From assembly GCA_963758635.1 (NCBI GenBank), contig CAVWWD010000006.1, positions 360,180 to 424,179 of the forward strand: a stretch of 64,000 nt of DNA. Reading direction: 5' to 3'. Source of the DNA: an uncultured Candidatus Rokubacteria bacterium. Its GTDB lineage: Bacteria; Methylomirabilota; Methylomirabilia; Rokubacteriales; CSP1-6. Position numbers and translations under genes: made by a program. Numbering within the stretch: position 1 is the first letter of the stretch; the number at the start of each line of letters is the position of its first letter. Positions 61,920 through 64,000 of the stretch are shown here, in pieces. The notes beneath the pieces are model-generated. The model was given only the letters and a program-made list of their open reading frames with translations, ran no database searches and was not told where the DNA came from.

Positions 61920-62552
61920 TCAGCGGCCGCGCACGTACCGCCGAAGCACCAGGCGCAGGTGGTCGCGGAAGTGCGGCTGCAGACGCGTGGTCCAGTCGCT
62001 CACGCGGGCCTGCTTCCACTCGGCCGACTCCTGCACCTCCGGCGCGGCCAGGTGGTAGAGGGCCACGTACTTCCGGTTGCCGCTGGTGCCGCGGAAGCGG
62101 CGGGCGCCGAGGACGCCGGGGACCGCGGCGAGCGCGGGGATGTGCTCCTTGTCGTACCACTCGTTGAACTCCGCCTCGTGCTCGGGAACGACGTTCATGG
62201 CGTTCAGCAGCAGGCCCCCCGCGTCCTTCGGCGGAAGCTGGTCGCCGGGCAGGATCTGCTCGCCCTCGAAGCGCATCAGGCGCTCCACCTTGGCGGTCAC
62301 GCGCTTCGACCACGGCGAGAGGTTCTCGCCGCCGATCGCCCGATATGCCGGGCTCTGCATGACGGCCAGGGTCTCGAGGTCGTACGTGGCCACGGACACC
62401 CGCGGGTCCTGGGCACCGATCCAGCGCTCGCACACGAGGAAGCCCGGCACCCGCTGTCGCTCGGGCAGGTGCTCGGTGTCGTACCAGTCGTGGAACTCGT
62501 CGTCGGCCGCCCGGCCGATGTTCATCGCCGCGATCAGCGTGCCCTTCGCCAT
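61920..62552 (-). CDS. Duplicated EthD/DUF4286-like dimeric barrel protein
   Basis: EFHDWYDTEHLPE..VPG and EFNEWYDKEHIPAL..VPG. Confidence 0.8.
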   Translation of the reverse strand: MAKGTLIAAMNIGRAADDEFHDWYDTEHLPERQRVPGFLVCERWIGAQDPRVSVATYDLETLAVMQSPAYRAIGGENLSPWSKRVTAKVERLMRFEGEQILPGDQLPPKDAGGLLLNAMNVVPEHEAEFNEWYDKEHIPALAAVPGVLGARRFRGTSGNRKYVALYHLAAPEVQESAEWKQARVSDWTTRLQPHFRDHLRLVLRRYVRGR

Positions 62553-62714
62553 GATGGAATCCTCCCGCGCGCCGGCCACGCCGGCCCGCTCTCGAGGTGA
62601 AGGCCCCTACTCCAGCAGAGGCCGCCGTCCATTGCAATCCCGTCGCGCGCGCCGTCGAGCCGGCCCGGCCGGCGCGGCGCCGAACGCGCGCCGTCGAGTA
62701 CAATCCTCGCGGAG

Positions 62715-63851
62715 ATGCGCTACGTCGATCCCTCCACCGGCCGCACCTATCCGATCGACACGCCGCGCTGGCGCGCCGACGGTGGGCACTACCTGAACCT
62801 GGAGCCGGGCCCGGGCCTCACGCGCCGCGACGTCGACCCGTCGTGCCGATCGGTGTGGCGGTACGCGCGCGCGATCGCCGTGCCCGCCGAGTCCGCAGTC
62901 ACGATGGGCGAGGGCTGGACGCCGCTGGTCCCCGGCGAGTGGGCGGGCGCCCCCGTGCTCTACAAGCTCGACTTCATGATGCCCACCGGCTCGTTCAAGG
63001 ATCGCGGCACCACCGTGATGGTGAGCTATCTGAAGAGCCGCGGCCTGGACCACGTGCTGGAGGACTCGTCCGGCAACGCCGGCGCGTCGCTCGCCGCCTA
63101 CGCCGCCGCCGCGGGCATGCGCTGCCGCATCCTCGTGCCCGAGACCGCGTCCTACCCGAAGATCGCGCAGATCGCCGCGTGCGGCGCCGACGTGGTGACG
63201 ATCCCCGGCTCGCGCCAGGACGTGGCCGAGGCCGCGCTCCGCCAGAGCGCCGAGATCTTCTACGCGAGCCACAACTGGCAGCCGTTCTTCGTGGAGGGCA
63301 CCAAGACGCTGGCCTTCGAGCTCTGGGAGCAGCTCGGCTGGCAGGCGCCGGACAACGTCGTGGTGCCGCTCGGCTACGGGAGCAACGTGCTCGGCTGCGA
63401 GCGCGGGTTCGCCGAGCTGGCCCGGAGCGGCGAGATCGGCACGCGGCCGCGGATCTTCGGCGTGCAGGCCGCGCGGTGCGCGCCATACCACGCCGCGTTC
63501 GTGGCCGGCGGCGAGACGCTCGTGCCCACCGAGATCGCTCCCACCCTGGCGGAGGGCATCGCCTCGGCGAAGCCCACGCGCGTGTCGGAGGTCCTGCGCG
63601 CGGTGCGCGAGACGGGCGGCACGATCGTCGCGGTGGAGGAAGCCGAGATCGTCGGCGCGCTGCGTGACCTCACGCGCCGCGGTCTCTACGTCGAGCCCAC
63701 GTCGGCGGCGGCGGCGGCCGGGCTCACCCGGCTCGTGACGAGCGGCGCCATCCGGCCGGGCGAGCGCACCGTGCTCGTGCTGACCGGCTCCGGGCTCAAG
63801 GCGGGCGCGACGATCGGTGACGTCCTGCAGCTCTCGGCGCGCCGAGCCTGA
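62715..63851 (+). CDS. thrC: Threonine synthase-like PLP enzyme
   Basis: MGEGWTPL, PTGSFKDRG, SSGNAG, EGTKT, VEPTSA, LTGSGLK. Confidence 0.85.
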   Translation: MRYVDPSTGRTYPIDTPRWRADGGHYLNLEPGPGLTRRDVDPSCRSVWRYARAIAVPAESAVTMGEGWTPLVPGEWAGAPVLYKLDFMMPTGSFKDRGTTVMVSYLKSRGLDHVLEDSSGNAGASLAAYAAAAGMRCRILVPETASYPKIAQIAACGADVVTIPGSRQDVAEAALRQSAEIFYASHNWQPFFVEGTKTLAFELWEQLGWQAPDNVVVPLGYGSNVLGCERGFAELARSGEIGTRPRIFGVQAARCAPYHAAFVAGGETLVPTEIAPTLAEGIASAKPTRVSEVLRAVRETGGTIVAVEEAEIVGALRDLTRRGLYVEPTSAAAAAGLTRLVTSGAIRPGERTVLVLTGSGLKAGATIGDVLQLSARRA

Positions 63852-63931
63852 TGACCATCGCAGAACGCGGTAACCGCCACGGGCCTCTACATTCCCACCG
63901 CTCGGCATTCGTCTGATGTGCCGAGGCTCAC
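63852..63931 (+). repeat. Intergenic repeat family C, copy 2
   Basis: Aligns to 4809-4886. Confidence 0.8.
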
Positions 63932-63959
63932 GATCCGGACCTTCCGTGGAGGACACCCG

Positions 63960-64000
63960 ATGACCACGCAGCTCGCGATCAACGGCCCGCGGCTCTGGGA
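63960..64000 (+). CDS. 5' end of a probable M20 Zn-dependent amidohydrolase (truncated by the window)
   Basis: GGAGG RBS, MTTQLAINGPRLW resembles the carbamoylase N-terminus. Confidence 0.5.
   Translation, partial: MTTQLAINGPRLW

Overview
Very GC-rich bacterial chromosomal window with about 60 CDS. Most encode catabolic or redox enzymes and transporters: TRAP and MFS transporters, an amidase, hydantoinase A/B, luciferase-like monooxygenases, CoA-transferases, a flavin halogenase-like enzyme, a dehydratase-activase trio, asd and a thrC-like gene. Gene content and intergenic repeats suggest a soil lineage such as Ca. Rokubacteria (inference only). Many single-base frameshifts in ordinary genes look like long-read consensus errors. 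Main highlights: (1) a selenoprotein missed by the ORF track at 48527-49300(-), a glutaredoxin-like U-S-S-C domain fused to a DinB/S-transferase-like domain, with an in-frame TGA, a SECIS-like hairpin and overlap with a CoA-transferase gene; (2) a decaying integron at 19.5-23.6 kb whose internally deleted intI is co-oriented with the array and whose cassettes all look like toxin-antitoxin pairs, ending in IS110 and ISL3 scars; (3) two PIN TA modules stacked in front of a SNF2-helicase/SWIM pair; (4) three distinct families of structured intergenic repeats; (5) a palindrome carrying four DnaA-box-like 9-mers; (6) several genes that keep both termini but lack the middle. No rRNA, tRNA or CRISPR array was seen. 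Family assignments come from motif recognition by eye, not database searches.
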